Part shown: piece after piece, positions 1 through 12,043 of the stretch | How positions within the stretch are numbered: position 1 is the first letter of the stretch | Layout of the letters: every line of letters starts with the position of its first letter | Made by a program: the position numbers and the translations under genes | Source: an uncultured Streptococcus sp. | GTDB lineage: Bacteria > Bacillota > Bacilli > Lactobacillales > Streptococcaceae | Direction: 5' to 3' | Assembly: GCA_963517545.1 (NCBI GenBank) | Contig: CAUQGR010000001.1 | Location: 12,584-76,583 of the forward strand | Length of the DNA: 64,000 nucleotides | Notes under the pieces: generated by a model | What the model was told of the DNA's origin: nothing | What the model saw: the letters and a program-made list of their open reading frames with translations, nothing else | Database searches by the model: none

Positions 1-93
1 ACCTCTTGGTGAAAAAGACAAATCTTTCTAGAAACTAAAGTTTCTGCGTCAGATTTCCTATTTTCACTGTGAGGTTTTAACGGGCTTTGCATC

Positions 94-1929
<1,836 letters not shown>

Positions 1930-1957
1930 TTAAATTTTATATTCTATTTTTCTTTTT

Positions 1958-2071
1958 GATACTCTTCTTAAGTGGCGGCGCCGTCAGAGCTTGACTTCGT
2001 CAATCTCTTTGACTAAACTTTGAGCCTAAGGTCTCAAAGTTTGCGCAAATAGCGCCACGGCGAAGAGTATC
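1958..2071. repeat. 114-bp structured intergenic element with 10-bp terminal inverted repeats GATACTCTTC/GAAGAGTATC
   Basis: Terminal IR and two internal hairpins visible in sequence; termini resemble the boxC end of BOX elements. Confidence 0.6.
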
Positions 2072-2170
2072 GTCTTTGGTTCGCTTCGCTCACTCTTGCA
2101 AAGTCAAACATATTTTATCTTTCTTTCATAGTTTATTGTCGTTTCGGACAAGTTTTTTTAGTTCTATTGC

Positions 2171-2695
2171 CTAGTTATAGACCACTACCATTGCTGGGCG
2201 TAGGATGCGGTCATGGAGTTTGTAGCCTTTTTGGAAGACTTGGGCGATGGTATCTGCTGGGTGTTCATCGTCTGCTGGGAGAGTTTGGATGGCCATATGG
2301 TAGTTATGGTCAAATTCACCGTCAGCTGCGATTTCTTCGATTCCTTCTTCTTTCAAAGCGTGAATCAAGCTTTCTTGCACCATTTCCAAGCCCTTCTTCA
2401 CATCATCTGTCAAACCTTCAACTGCGAGTGCACGCTCTAGGTTATCCAAAGAAGGGAGAATTGCTTTTGCCAAGTCCTGGCTACGATAACGTTGCAAGTT
2501 TTGACGCTCTTCATTGGCACGGCGTTGGATATTTTGCATTTCTGCATGAGCGCGAAGGTATTTATTTTCGAACTCATCTGCACGTTCATTTGCCAAGTCC
2601 AATTCAGACTTCTCAGGAGTTGTTTCTTCAGCTGTTTCAACAACTTCCTCTTCTTGAACTTCTTCTACTTCTTCATTTTTTATATCTTGGGCCAT
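2171..2695 (-). CDS. grpE: Nucleotide exchange factor GrpE
   Basis: [19 protein letters not shown]-terminal motif; start MAQDIK after AAGGAGG. Confidence 0.98.
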   Translation of the reverse strand: MAQDIKNEEVEEVQEEEVVETAEETTPEKSELDLANERADEFENKYLRAHAEMQNIQRRANEERQNLQRYRSQDLAKAILPSLDNLERALAVEGLTDDVKKGLEMVQESLIHALKEEGIEEIAADGEFDHNYHMAIQTLPADDEHPADTIAQVFQKGYKLHDRILRPAMVVVYN

Positions 2696-2721
2696 TTTCG
2701 CCTCCTTTAATGATTTCAATC

Positions 2722-3756
2722 TTAATGTACTTCGTAATGATTACTGCTGAGGTAGCGGTAAAAATCTGTCAACTTCATGGTCAAAACACGATTGACCACA
2801 TTGACTTGGTTGATTAGCTGTTGGTAATCCAGATTGACTGGACCGATAATGGCTAGAATTCCAACTCCCCGATAAGGAATGAGGAACTTGCTACTAATCA
2901 CCGCCAAATCTGCTAGACAGGACTCTTGACTGTCCGCAACACGGACGTTTTGCATCTGATCCTCACGCAACCCCTCACGAATCTCCAAGGCCACCTTTTG
3001 CGGTTGGTCAAAGAACTGATAAGCTGCCAGATTGGCAAAATTCAAGAGATTGACCTTGCCTGCCACCACAATGTTTTCGTTGAACATTTCCTTAAAGATG
3101 TGTTCAAAAAGATCAATGACATTGTCCGTAGTTGTGAAGTAACGCTGGATAATCTGCGGAATCTCCGTCCGAATCTTGTAGTGAATATCTAGAACGGTGT
3201 GACCGAGGAAACGTTCCTGAATGATTGCCTTCAGTTTCAACAAATCTTCCTGCAAGAAGTTCCTTGGAATCAGAAACTGACTGGTAACCGTTCGAGACTC
3301 GTCTAGGGTGAATACTGCCAAGGCTGTATGTTGCCCCAAAACAACGATATCAAAGGCTGTCAAACGTTGCCTGCTGGGCTCAACATCCAGTGCCACTACC
3401 GTACAGCCACTCAAGTCTGTTAATAGATTAGCAGCCTCTTGCAGAATATCCTCTAGCTTAAAGAATTCCTGATCAAAGGCTTTGACAATCTCATAAACCT
3501 CATTTTCAGCCAGTCGGTCAAAATCCAGTGAGTGTTTCACATAGTACTGAAAACCAGCAACACTTGGCATCCTACCACTTGAAGTATGAGCCTTCTCAAG
3601 CAAACCTTGCTTTTCTAAAGCCGCCATATCATTACGAATAGTTGCACTGCTAGAGTTAATAGACTCTTGCAAGGCTTTGGATCCGACAGGTTCGTGCGTT
3701 TTGGTAAAGATGTCAATAATCAGATTTAAAATATCCTGCTGACGCTCTGTAACCAT
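2722..3756 (-). CDS. hrcA: Heat-inducible transcriptional repressor HrcA
   Basis: EPVGSK, SSATIRN and HTSSGR motifs; CIRCE sites upstream; start MVTERQ. Confidence 0.98.
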   Translation of the reverse strand: MVTERQQDILNLIIDIFTKTHEPVGSKALQESINSSSATIRNDMAALEKQGLLEKAHTSSGRMPSVAGFQYYVKHSLDFDRLAENEVYEIVKAFDQEFFKLEDILQEAANLLTDLSGCTVVALDVEPSRQRLTAFDIVVLGQHTALAVFTLDESRTVTSQFLIPRNFLQEDLLKLKAIIQERFLGHTVLDIHYKIRTEIPQIIQRYFTTTDNVIDLFEHIFKEMFNENIVVAGKVNLLNFANLAAYQFFDQPQKVALEIREGLREDQMQNVRVADSQESCLADLAVISSKFLIPYRGVGILAIIGPVNLDYQQLINQVNVVNRVLTMKLTDFYRYLSSNHYEVH

Positions 3757-3782
3757 CTCATCACTCCTCTCTGTCTGATCAA

Positions 3783-3809
3783 TTAGCACTCGATACACTC
3801 AAGTGCTAA
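3783..3809. promoter_or_regulatory. CIRCE element (proximal)
   Basis: TTAGCACTC-N9-AAGTGCTAA, one mismatch to consensus. Confidence 0.95.
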
Positions 3810-3820
3810 CTCATGATTCT

Positions 3821-3848
3821 ATTATACACCCTTAGAAGAGAATGTCAA
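3821..3848 (-). promoter_or_regulatory. SigA promoter of the hrcA operon
   Basis: TTGACA-N16-TATAAT on the minus strand, between the two CIRCEs. Confidence 0.85.
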
Positions 3849-3865
3849 GATAAAAACTCAAAAAA

Positions 3866-3892
3866 TTAGCACTCTTTTATCAAGAGTGCTAA
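3866..3892. promoter_or_regulatory. CIRCE element (distal)
   Basis: Perfect TTAGCACTC-N9-GAGTGCTAA. Confidence 0.97.
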
Positions 3893-3898
3893 AATGAA

Positions 3899-4715
3899 AG
3901 TTCTATAATGAAGTTAGCCACCTAGCCCTCCTAAAAATTAGATGTTTCAACTAGCTGATAGCTAGTCCTCGATTTCATTTGATAAGAGGCTTGATGCTGT
4001 TAGGCTGGCGAGCCAAGGCTAAGACTAGCCTTGGTTTAGCTGACAAAACAGCTTCAAGGGTTCCTCTTGTCAAATGAAAGCTCTTCTAGGCATAAGAAAA
4101 CACCTCTGTGTTATACTTGTTGTTCACCACAAACACAAGAAAGGCACAGAGATGCAAAACCATTATACTACAAAAGCCAAACATTTGACAATCGATAACC
4201 GTCGCTTGATCGAACGATGGAAAAAAGAAGGAAAATCAAATAGAGAAATTGCCTCTCTACTTGGAAAAGCTCCTCAAACTATCCATACTGAAATCAACCG
4301 TGGGACAGTCCGACAATGTCTTGGAAAAGGGCGCTTCAAAGAGGTTTATTCTGCCGACTATGCTCAACAGTCTTATGAAAATAATCGCAAGCGCTCGGCC
4401 AAGAAATCAAGATTGAACAAGGAGCTGAAGGAAAAGATTCTCCACTATCATAACCAAAAGTTTTCTCCTGAAATGATGGTCAAGGCTAAGGGCGTTAACG
4501 TGGGAATTTCTACCATCTACTACTGGATCCATCATGGAAAATTAGGATTGTCAAAACAGGATCTGCTCTATCCTAGAAAAGGAAAAGCGGTTAAGAAACA
4601 GGCTAGCATCAACTTTAAACCTGCTGGTCAATCCATCGAACAGCGTCCTGAAGCTATCAATCTTCGCTTGGAGAATGGGCATTATGAGATTGATACGGTT
4701 CTACTTACAAGCTAA
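3899..4715 (+). mobile_element. Truncated IS30-family (IS1239-like) element
   Basis: Putative left end near 3899-3923 (inferred); transposase N-terminus present; right half and right IR missing. Confidence 0.75.
4152..4715 (+). pseudogene. IS30-family transposase, N-terminal fragment
   Basis: HTH (SNREIASLLGKAPQTIHTEINRG), STIYYWI and SIEQRP...GHYEIDT; stops just after the first catalytic Asp. Confidence 0.9.
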
Positions 4716-4739
4716 AAATCAGTCTAAAGACCTAGAACC

Positions 4740-5252
4740 TTACCTTCCATTCATTTTGTATTTCCTTTTAAGTCTGAAAAAACCATGGATTAGATAAGAA
4801 ATCATAAAAGCATATAAAAGAAAAATAATGAAGAAAGACATAGAAAGCTCTTCTTTAAATAAACTCATACAAACAACCAAACCACCTAAGAAAGCAGCTG
4901 TACATGAACGAAGTCTATATCGCATAACTTCCCATCTAAGGCCCTTACCCATATAGACTTGATCCTCTGGAAGTAAATCCGAAGATGATTTACGAAGAAT
5001 TGAACAAAAACCTGTTTCTATCAATTCCCAACCTCTATTTCGAAAATCTTGTAGTTCATGCTTATACTTTTTAAGAAATCTAGAATCATAAATACGGTAG
5101 ATGATATCGTCTGGTTGACACTCTTCAAAATAGAAAAAACCAAAACGACTAGTTCTATACCTCCAACCTTTCAAATGCATCTCATGTAAATATTCTTCTT
5201 CCTTGTCCAAATCAAGAATAGTAAAAATTCGAAATTCTACTCTGCTAACCAT
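4740..5252 (-). CDS. DUF2812-like membrane protein
   Basis: EEEYLHEMHLKGW...GWE motifs and C-terminal TM helices. Confidence 0.75.
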   Translation of the reverse strand: MVSRVEFRIFTILDLDKEEEYLHEMHLKGWRYRTSRFGFFYFEECQPDDIIYRIYDSRFLKKYKHELQDFRNRGWELIETGFCSILRKSSSDLLPEDQVYMGKGLRWEVMRYRLRSCTAAFLGGLVVCMSLFKEELSMSFFIIFLLYAFMISYLIHGFFRLKRKYKMNGR

Positions 5253-5286
5253 TGTCTCACCCCAAAATTAGAAAACATGCCTGGTG

Positions 5287-5865
5287 TTATTTATTAGATA
5301 ATTCTTTCCACTTTTGACTCAATCTCCACAAAACATAAGAAATCTGAATCGCATGAATGATCAATAAAACAAAATCTATTAAGACAAGCAAAAACATGTC
5401 CCAACTGAAAGAACTTGCTCCACTGACAAACTGTGAGAAAACCGGTAGTAGAGCCGAAAAGAGAAGCAAAATAGGAATCATCCGCATTATTAAAATACGT
5501 TTGACCATAGCTAACTTGCCGGCCGCATCATTATAAATTTCAAACTCTGCATCCGACTCAATTCCAGAATGAAGCTTTCTAAAGTAGGAAAAACCATTAA
5601 AGTCTGTAATATGCTCCCAGCCACAGTCTTTAAATAATTGTAAATAGGAGGCTCTATCTGATTTTTTCATGGGATAAAAGTCCAACTGATAAGATACTTG
5701 CTCAGGCTGACATTTTTCAAAGGTATACTTAACTGCAAACAATAAGATAGAATAGCTTACTTTCCTAAGTTTCCAGCCCTTAGCATGCATTTCTCTAAAG
5801 TATAGAGCCTCTCTCTCATAATCCGCAATTGTAAAAATTCGATAAACAATTTTCTTTTCCATCAT
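5287..5865 (-). CDS. DUF2812-like membrane protein
   Basis: EALYFREMHAKGW...LFKDCGWEH...YFRK and two C-terminal TM segments. Confidence 0.8.
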   Translation of the reverse strand: MMEKKIVYRIFTIADYEREALYFREMHAKGWKLRKVSYSILLFAVKYTFEKCQPEQVSYQLDFYPMKKSDRASYLQLFKDCGWEHITDFNGFSYFRKLHSGIESDAEFEIYNDAAGKLAMVKRILIMRMIPILLLFSALLPVFSQFVSGASSFSWDMFLLVLIDFVLLIIHAIQISYVLWRLSQKWKELSNK

Positions 5866-6182
5866 CCTTCCTCCCGACTGTTTCTATAGAGCCGTTCAAT
5901 ACGTTTCAATTCAATATCTAAGACTTTGCGTCCCAAGTCTGTAATCTGATAGATTTTCCGTTTTTCCTCTTCTCGGACAAAGGAAATCAAACCATCCTTT
6001 TCCATTTTTGACAAGGTTCCATACATAGTTCCAGGACTAATCGAAACTTGCGAATCTGTCATCTCCTTGACCTTTTGCGTAATACTATACCCATGACGCT
6101 CCTTTTGCAGACAGAACAAGATATAAAAACCCGTTTCCGTCATCGGAAGATAAACTCGACGAATCTTATCCGTTAATTCCAT
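5862..6182 (-). CDS. PadR-family transcriptional regulator
   Basis: HGYSI, PGTMYGTLSKMEKDGLI and RKIYQITDLG winged-helix motifs; AGGAGG RBS. Confidence 0.93.
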   Translation of the reverse strand: MELTDKIRRVYLPMTETGFYILFCLQKERHGYSITQKVKEMTDSQVSISPGTMYGTLSKMEKDGLISFVREEEKRKIYQITDLGRKVLDIELKRIERLYRNSREEG

Positions 6183-6207
6183 TTTTATCACCTCCTATTT
6201 AGTTCGA

Positions 6208-6258
6208 TATATCGCACTTCGTTATATAGAATATATCACACCTCGATATAAAATGCAA
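6208..6258 (-). promoter_or_regulatory. padR promoter with two palindromic operators
   Basis: TTGCAT-N17-TATATT; TATATC-N7-GATATA at 6232-6250 and TATAAC-N7-GATATA at 6208-6226. Confidence 0.7.
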
Positions 6259-6286
6259 GAAAAAAGACCGCCCTCAGGCAATCTTT
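6259..6286 (-). terminator. glnA intrinsic terminator
   Basis: AAGATTGCC-TGAG-GGCGGTCTT followed by a T-run. Confidence 0.8.
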
Positions 6287-6294
6287 CTTCTATA

Positions 6295-7641
6295 TTAGTA
6301 AAGGTCTAAATAATTATCAATTTCCCACTGTGAAACGAAAGTTGCATAACTTGCCCATTCAATTCGTTTAGCTTCAAGGAAACTAGTATAGATATGTTCT
6401 CCGAGAGCCGCTCTGACAACTTCATCTTCCGTCAATGCTTTCAAAGCGTTGTGAAGGGTTGATGGAAGGTCTGTAATACCAGCTTCCTTACGCTCTTCTG
6501 CTGTCATGATGTAGATATTTTCTTCGATAGGAGCTGGTGCTTCGATTTTGTTTTCAATACCATGCAAACCAACTTCCAAAAGAACAGCCATAGCGATGTA
6601 TGGGTTTGCCATTGGATCCACTGAACGCAACTCAAGACGAGTTCCCATACCACGTGAAGCAGGCACGCGCACAAGTGGCGAACGGTTACGACCAGCCCAA
6701 GCAATGTAAACAGGCGCTTCATAACCTGGAACCAAACGTTTGTATGAGTTAACCGTTGGGTTCATGATGGCAGTATAGTTGTAGGCATGCTTGATCAAAC
6801 CACCAAGGAAATGGTAGGCCGTTTCTGACAACTGCATTCCTTTTGGATCATTTGGATCAAAGAAGGCATTGTTTCCTTCTGCATCAAACAAGGACATATT
6901 ACAGTGCATACCTGAGCCAGCAATACCAAATTTTGGCTTGGCCATAAAGGTTGCGTAAAGACCATGTTTACGAGCAATGGTTTTAACAACAAGTTTAAAG
7001 ATTTGAATCTTATCACAAGCACGGAGAACTTCATCGTACTTAAAGTCAATCTCATGTTGTCCAACCGCAACCTCGTGGTGACTCGCTTCTACTTCAAATC
7101 CCATTTTGGTCAAGACATTGACAATCTCACGACGTGTATTGTCCGCAAGGTCAGTAGGCGCCAAATCAAAGTAGCCACCCTTGTCATTTACTTCAAGTGT
7201 TGGGTCTCCATTTTCATCCAGTTTAAATAGGAAGAATTCTGGCTCTGGTCCAAGGTTGAAGGATTTGAATCCAACTTCTTCCATGTGACGAAGAGCACGT
7301 TTCAAATTGCCACGAGGGTCACCTGCAAATGGTTCACCTTCTGTTGTATAGACATCACAGATCAAACCTGCAACACTTCCATTTTCATCTCCCCAAGGGA
7401 AGACTGTCCATGTATCCAAGTCAGGGTACAAGTACATATCTGACTCATTGATACGTACAAAACCTTCAATAGAAGATCCATCAAACATCGCCTTGTTTGA
7501 CAAGACTTTATCTAACTGTTCATCTGTAGCAGGAATTTCGACGTTTTTCATGGTTCCCAAAATATCTGAAAACATGAGACGAATAAAGGTAACATTTTTT
7601 TCCTTGACTTCACGACGAATATCTGCAGCTGTGATTGGCAT
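6295..7641 (-). CDS. glnA: Glutamine synthetase type I
   Basis: FDGSS, HHEVA, GSGMH and [10 protein letters not shown] motifs. Confidence 0.99.
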   Translation of the reverse strand: MPITAADIRREVKEKNVTFIRLMFSDILGTMKNVEIPATDEQLDKVLSNKAMFDGSSIEGFVRINESDMYLYPDLDTWTVFPWGDENGSVAGLICDVYTTEGEPFAGDPRGNLKRALRHMEEVGFKSFNLGPEPEFFLFKLDENGDPTLEVNDKGGYFDLAPTDLADNTRREIVNVLTKMGFEVEASHHEVAVGQHEIDFKYDEVLRACDKIQIFKLVVKTIARKHGLYATFMAKPKFGIAGSGMHCNMSLFDAEGNNAFFDPNDPKGMQLSETAYHFLGGLIKHAYNYTAIMNPTVNSYKRLVPGYEAPVYIAWAGRNRSPLVRVPASRGMGTRLELRSVDPMANPYIAMAVLLEVGLHGIENKIEAPAPIEENIYIMTAEERKEAGITDLPSTLHNALKALTEDEVVRAALGEHIYTSFLEAKRIEWASYATFVSQWEIDNYLDLY

Positions 7642-7677
7642 GAGTTTTCTCCTTAATGTATGACTACTTGCGGTTGC

Positions 7678-8034
7678 CTAACCGCGACCAAAAGGTGACC
7701 GTACTGAAGCAAAGCGACCCTGTTGGAGGAGTTCATTGTGAAGTGCACGGCGCACCTCAGTCTGACTCACCGCTTTCTTGGATTTCGCTTCACGTTCAGC
7801 ATATTTTTTCTTAATGGCAGCGATATTATAACCTTCAGAGATATAATCTTTGATTTCAAGCAGACGATCCATGTCATTCAAGGAATACATGCGACGGTTC
7901 CCTTCGTTTCGATCAGGCTTAATCAACTCTTGATCTTCATAATAACGAATCTGACGCGCCGATAGATCGGTCAACTTCATAACACTGCCGATAGGAAAAA
8001 CAGCCATATTTCGGCGAAATTCTTTTTCCTTCAT
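7678..8034 (-). CDS. glnR: MerR-family regulator GlnR
   Basis: MerR HTH (RQIRYYE); directly upstream of glnA. Confidence 0.97.
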   Translation of the reverse strand: MKEKEFRRNMAVFPIGSVMKLTDLSARQIRYYEDQELIKPDRNEGNRRMYSLNDMDRLLEIKDYISEGYNIAAIKKKYAEREAKSKKAVSQTEVRRALHNELLQQGRFASVRSPFGRG

Positions 8035-8057
8035 TTACAATTTCCTTCTTTCTGTCT

Positions 8058-8111
8058 ATTATAGTCTAAAAAAAGACGAACGTCAATTGATAATGTTATA
8101 AAATGTAACAT
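8058..8111 (-). promoter_or_regulatory. glnRA promoter and GlnR box
   Basis: TTGACG-N17-TATAAT; ATGTTA-N7-TAACAT at 8093-8111. Confidence 0.9.
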
Positions 8112-8638
8112 TATTTTTCTTTTTTCTCTAAAAAGATTCGAATGCGATCAATATCGTAATTTACGAGAATCGCGACAAAAACTCCCATAAAAGTTTCAAA
8201 TACACGCGCAAACACGTACAAAATCGTCTCGCCAACCGGAATCGATAGGGTAATGATTAACATAGCTGCTACACCACCGATAACACCTGCTTTATTATTC
8301 ATGGCTACATTTGTCATAATGGTTAACATGGTACAAATTGGAACAACAACCAAGGTCACCCAAAAAGCTTCGTGAAAAACGGTATTTAATAGGAAGAAGA
8401 GGAGGGCATAGAGACCACCGATACTATTTCCTAGAATACGCGAAGTCCCAAAATGGACACTCTTATCAAAACTCTCCCTCAGGCTAAAAACAGCTGTCAA
8501 AGCACCGATTTGAAGACCTTTCCAACCAAAAAAGCCAAAAATCAAGAGAACTAGAAAAACAGCAATACCTGTTTTAAAGGTTCGCATACCAAGTTTGAAC
8601 TGGGATTTATCGAATTTATATTTTTTAAAATAACTCAT
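8111..8638 (-). CDS. FUSC/aromatic acid exporter family membrane protein
   Basis: LGMRTFKTGIAV N-terminal motif; hydrophobic. Confidence 0.8.
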   Translation of the reverse strand: MSYFKKYKFDKSQFKLGMRTFKTGIAVFLVLLIFGFFGWKGLQIGALTAVFSLRESFDKSVHFGTSRILGNSIGGLYALLFFLLNTVFHEAFWVTLVVVPICTMLTIMTNVAMNNKAGVIGGVAAMLIITLSIPVGETILYVFARVFETFMGVFVAILVNYDIDRIRIFLEKKEK

Positions 8639-8773
8639 AATCTCAACTTTCTATTTCCATTTTATCATAAATCGGTGATTTTTATGAGTAATAGTTGAGA
8701 GGAAGCGTTTTTATTTTAAGCAAAAGAAAAGAGGAACTTCCATCCCTCTCTTCTTTGATTTATTTATAAAATC

Positions 8774-9970
8774 TTATTTTTCTGTCAAGGCTGCAAGTCC
8801 TGGAAGAACTTTACCTTCAAGAAGTTCCATTGATGCTCCACCACCCGTACTAATCCATGAGAACTTGTCTGCACGGCCAAGGTTAATCGCTGCGGCAGCT
8901 GAGTCACCACCACCGATGATTGATTTAACGCCTGGTTGTTTCACGATAGCGTCCATCACACCGATTGTACCAGCTTGGAAGTCTGGGTTTTCAAATACAC
9001 CCATAGGTCCGTTCCATACAACTGTTTTGGCACCAGTCAAAGCTTCGTCAAATTTAGCGATAGATTTTGGACCGATGTCAAGACCAAGGAAGCCTTCAGA
9101 AACTGCTTCACCTTCAGTGTCACGCACTTCAGTGTAACCAGCAAATGCGTTAGCTTCTTTTGAGTCAACTGGCAAGATCAATTTACCGTTTGCTTTTTCA
9201 AGAAGAGCTTTCGCAACATCCAATTTGTCTTCTTCTACAAGTGAGTTACCGATTTCGATACCTTGTGCTTTGTAGAATGTGTAAGTCATACCACCACCGA
9301 TAAGGACTTTATCAGCTTTTTCAAGCAAGTTTTCGATAACACCGATCTTGTCTGAAACTTTTGAACCACCAAGGATAGCCACGAATGGACGTTCTGGAGT
9401 TTCAACTGCTTCTTGGATGTAGGCAATTTCGTTTTCAAGAAGGAAACCAGCAACTGCTTTTTCAACGTTTGCTGAGATACCAACGTTAGATGCGTGTGCA
9501 CGGTGAGCTGTACCGAATGCATCGTTTACGAAGATACCATCTCCAAGTGATGCCCAGTATTTACCAAGTTCAGGATCGTTTTTAGATTCTTTCTTGCCAT
9601 CAACATCTTCGTAACGAGTGTTTTCAACCAAAAGAACTTGTCCATCTTCAAGAGCGTTGATTGCTGCTTCCAATTCAGCACCACGAGTTACACCTGGGAA
9701 AACAACGTCTTGGCCCAATTTAGCAGCCAAGTCAGCAGCTACAGGAGCAAGTGATTTACCAGCTTTATCAGCTTCTTCTTTCACACGTCCAAGGTGAGAG
9801 AAGAGGATAGCACGTCCACCTTGTTCGATGATGTACTTGATAGTTGGAAGAGCTGCTGTGATACGGTTGTCATTAGTGATTACGCCATCTTTCAATGGTA
9901 CGTTGAAGTCAACACGAACGAGGACTTTTTTACCTTTCAAGTCAACGTCTTTAACAGTAAGTTTTGCCAT
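8774..9970 (-). CDS. pgk: Phosphoglycerate kinase
   Basis: [15 protein letters not shown] and [13 protein letters not shown] motifs. Confidence 0.99.
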   Translation of the reverse strand: MAKLTVKDVDLKGKKVLVRVDFNVPLKDGVITNDNRITAALPTIKYIIEQGGRAILFSHLGRVKEEADKAGKSLAPVAADLAAKLGQDVVFPGVTRGAELEAAINALEDGQVLLVENTRYEDVDGKKESKNDPELGKYWASLGDGIFVNDAFGTAHRAHASNVGISANVEKAVAGFLLENEIAYIQEAVETPERPFVAILGGSKVSDKIGVIENLLEKADKVLIGGGMTYTFYKAQGIEIGNSLVEEDKLDVAKALLEKANGKLILPVDSKEANAFAGYTEVRDTEGEAVSEGFLGLDIGPKSIAKFDEALTGAKTVVWNGPMGVFENPDFQAGTIGVMDAIVKQPGVKSIIGGGDSAAAAINLGRADKFSWISTGGGASMELLEGKVLPGLAALTEK

Positions 9971-10209
9971 GTTACAAAAACCCCTTTATTTATTTTATTC
10001 GAAACTATTATATCACACTTTGGAAATATAAGGAAAGATTTCACAAGATTTTTCGATATTTAATCTTTGTGACATGCTAGAGTATATTATTTTTGCTTTT
10101 TCTAACGAATTTTCTTTCTAAAATCTTAGCTTAACACTTGTTAGATTTACTTTTATCCTTTAAAATAGAATAGGAGAAATTCCGTTATTATTTTTCGGAG
10201 GAAAAAGAA

Positions 10210-11841
10210 ATGTCCATTAATTGGCAGGAAATTTTATTTCACTTTTTAGGTGGTCTGGGACTATTCTTATATAGTATCAAGACCATGGGAGACGGTTTGC
10301 AACAAGCTGCTGGAGATCGCCTTCGTTTTTACATTGACAAGTACACTAGCAATCCCTTTCTAGGTGTTCTAGTCGGAATTGTCGTGACTGCCCTGATTCA
10401 GTCAAGTACAGGGGTTACAGTTATCACGGTCGGACTGGTCAGCGCTAGTCTTCTCACTCTTAGACAGGCTATCGGAATTATCATGGGAGCCAACATCGGA
10501 ACCACCGTTACTTCCTTTATCATCGGTTTCAAGCTTGGTGAGTATGCTTTACCCCTGATTTTCCTTGGAACCATGTTCCTCTTCTTTACCAAAAATAGAA
10601 CAGCAAACAATATCGGACGCATCCTGTTTGGTGTAGGGGGAATCTTCTATGCCCTCAACCTCATCAGTGCCGGTATGAGCCCTCTTAAAGATTTACCACA
10701 ATTCAAGGAATACATGGTAACCTTGGGACAAAATCCTGTATTGGGAGTTTTTGCCGGTGCAGTGATCACCGTTCTCATCCAAGCTTCTTCTGCGACAATC
10801 GGGATTTTGCAAGGTCTCTATGCAGGTGGGTTCCTTGACCTTAAAGGTTCGCTACCAGTTCTCTTCGGGGATAATATCGGGACAACCCTAACCGTTATTA
10901 TCGCGGCAGCTGGAGCCAATGTCTCTGCGAAACGCGTTGCTGCAACCCACGTTACCTTTAACGTTTTAGGGACTATTCTTTGCTTAATCTTATTAGGTCC
11001 ATTTACATCTATGATTGAGTACTTCCAGGCACTCCTTCACCTCTCACCTGAGATGACCATCGCCTTCTCGCACGGTGCCTTTAACGTAAGTAACACCATT
11101 GTACAATTTCCATTCATCGGAGCCTTGGCCTACTTTGTAACCAAGCTCATCCCTGGTGAAGATGAAGTTGTCAAGTACGAGCCACTTTATCTTGATGAGC
11201 ATTTGATTAAGCAAGCTCCATCAATCGCTCTCGGAAATGCGAAGAAAGAGCTCCTTCACTTGGGAAATTATGCTTCTAAAGCCTTTGACCTTTCATACAA
11301 CTACATCATTGACCTTAATGAAAAGGTTGCTGAAAAAGGCCACAAGACAGAAGAAGCCATCAATACCATTGATGAAAAATTGACTCGTTACCTGATTACT
11401 CTTTCAAGCGAGACCCTTAGCCAGAAAGAAAGTGAAGTTCTGACCAACATCCTGGATTCATCCCGTGATTTGGAACGGATTGGGGACCACGCAGAAGCCC
11501 TAATCAATCTGACTGACTACCTTCAACGTAAAAACGTTGAGTTCTCTGAAGCTGCTTTGCAGGAATTAGCTGATATCTATCAAAAAACCACTGACTTTAT
11601 CAAGGATGCCCTTGATAGCGTGGAAAACAATGATATCGAAAAAGCTCAAAGTCTGATTGAACGCCATAAAGAAATCAACAATATAGAACGTGTTCTCAGA
11701 AAGACCCACATCAAACGCCTCAACAAAGGCGAGTGTTCAACACAAGCTGGAGTCAACTTTATTGACATCATTTCCCACTACACTCGTGTATCAGACCACG
11801 CTATGAATTTAGCTGAAAAGGTCATTGCTGAACAAATCTAA
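10210..11841 (+). CDS. Na+/Pi cotransporter with PhoU-like C-terminus
   Basis: QSST/QASS repeats; GANIGTT and GDNIGTT; DLERIGDH. Confidence 0.93.
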   Translation: MSINWQEILFHFLGGLGLFLYSIKTMGDGLQQAAGDRLRFYIDKYTSNPFLGVLVGIVVTALIQSSTGVTVITVGLVSASLLTLRQAIGIIMGANIGTTVTSFIIGFKLGEYALPLIFLGTMFLFFTKNRTANNIGRILFGVGGIFYALNLISAGMSPLKDLPQFKEYMVTLGQNPVLGVFAGAVITVLIQASSATIGILQGLYAGGFLDLKGSLPVLFGDNIGTTLTVIIAAAGANVSAKRVAATHVTFNVLGTILCLILLGPFTSMIEYFQALLHLSPEMTIAFSHGAFNVSNTIVQFPFIGALAYFVTKLIPGEDEVVKYEPLYLDEHLIKQAPSIALGNAKKELLHLGNYASKAFDLSYNYIIDLNEKVAEKGHKTEEAINTIDEKLTRYLITLSSETLSQKESEVLTNILDSSRDLERIGDHAEALINLTDYLQRKNVEFSEAALQELADIYQKTTDFIKDALDSVENNDIEKAQSLIERHKEINNIERVLRKTHIKRLNKGECSTQAGVNFIDIISHYTRVSDHAMNLAEKVIAEQI

Positions 11842-11946
11842 TACTCTTCGAAAATCAAATTCAAACCACGTCAACGTCGCCTTGCCGTACTCAAGTACAG
11901 CCTGTGGCTAGTTTCCTAGTTTGCTCTTTGATTTTCATTGAGTATA
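11839..11946 (-). repeat. BOX element (boxA-boxC, no boxB)
   Basis: Reverse complement of TATACTCAATGAAAATCAAAGAGCAAACTAGG...TTTTCGAAGAGTATTA. Confidence 0.93.
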
Positions 11947-12043
11947 AGTACCAAGAAGCTATCCTAAATGGGATGGCTTTTTTCTTCTTCTCATCAAAAA
12001 TTGCTTTTCCACCATATAAAAAACACTTTGATTCACAATGGAA

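Noticed and set aside
2167..2817. 216-aa plus-strand ORF
   Set aside because: Antisense to grpE/hrcA with non-protein-like composition.
3633..3640. ComX box TACGAATA
   Set aside because: Inside hrcA on the antisense strand, lacking the adjacent T-rich tract; likely chance.
4074..4151. Extended N-terminus of the transposase ORF (likewise the extended starts listed for hrcA, amiA, amiF, rpe, rmuC, yhaM and yneF)
   Set aside because: Downstream ATGs agree better with RBS positions, gene overlaps and family N-termini.
10120..10155. Pho-box-like TTAACA upstream of the Na/Pi cotransporter
   Set aside because: No convincing 11-bp-spaced repeat.
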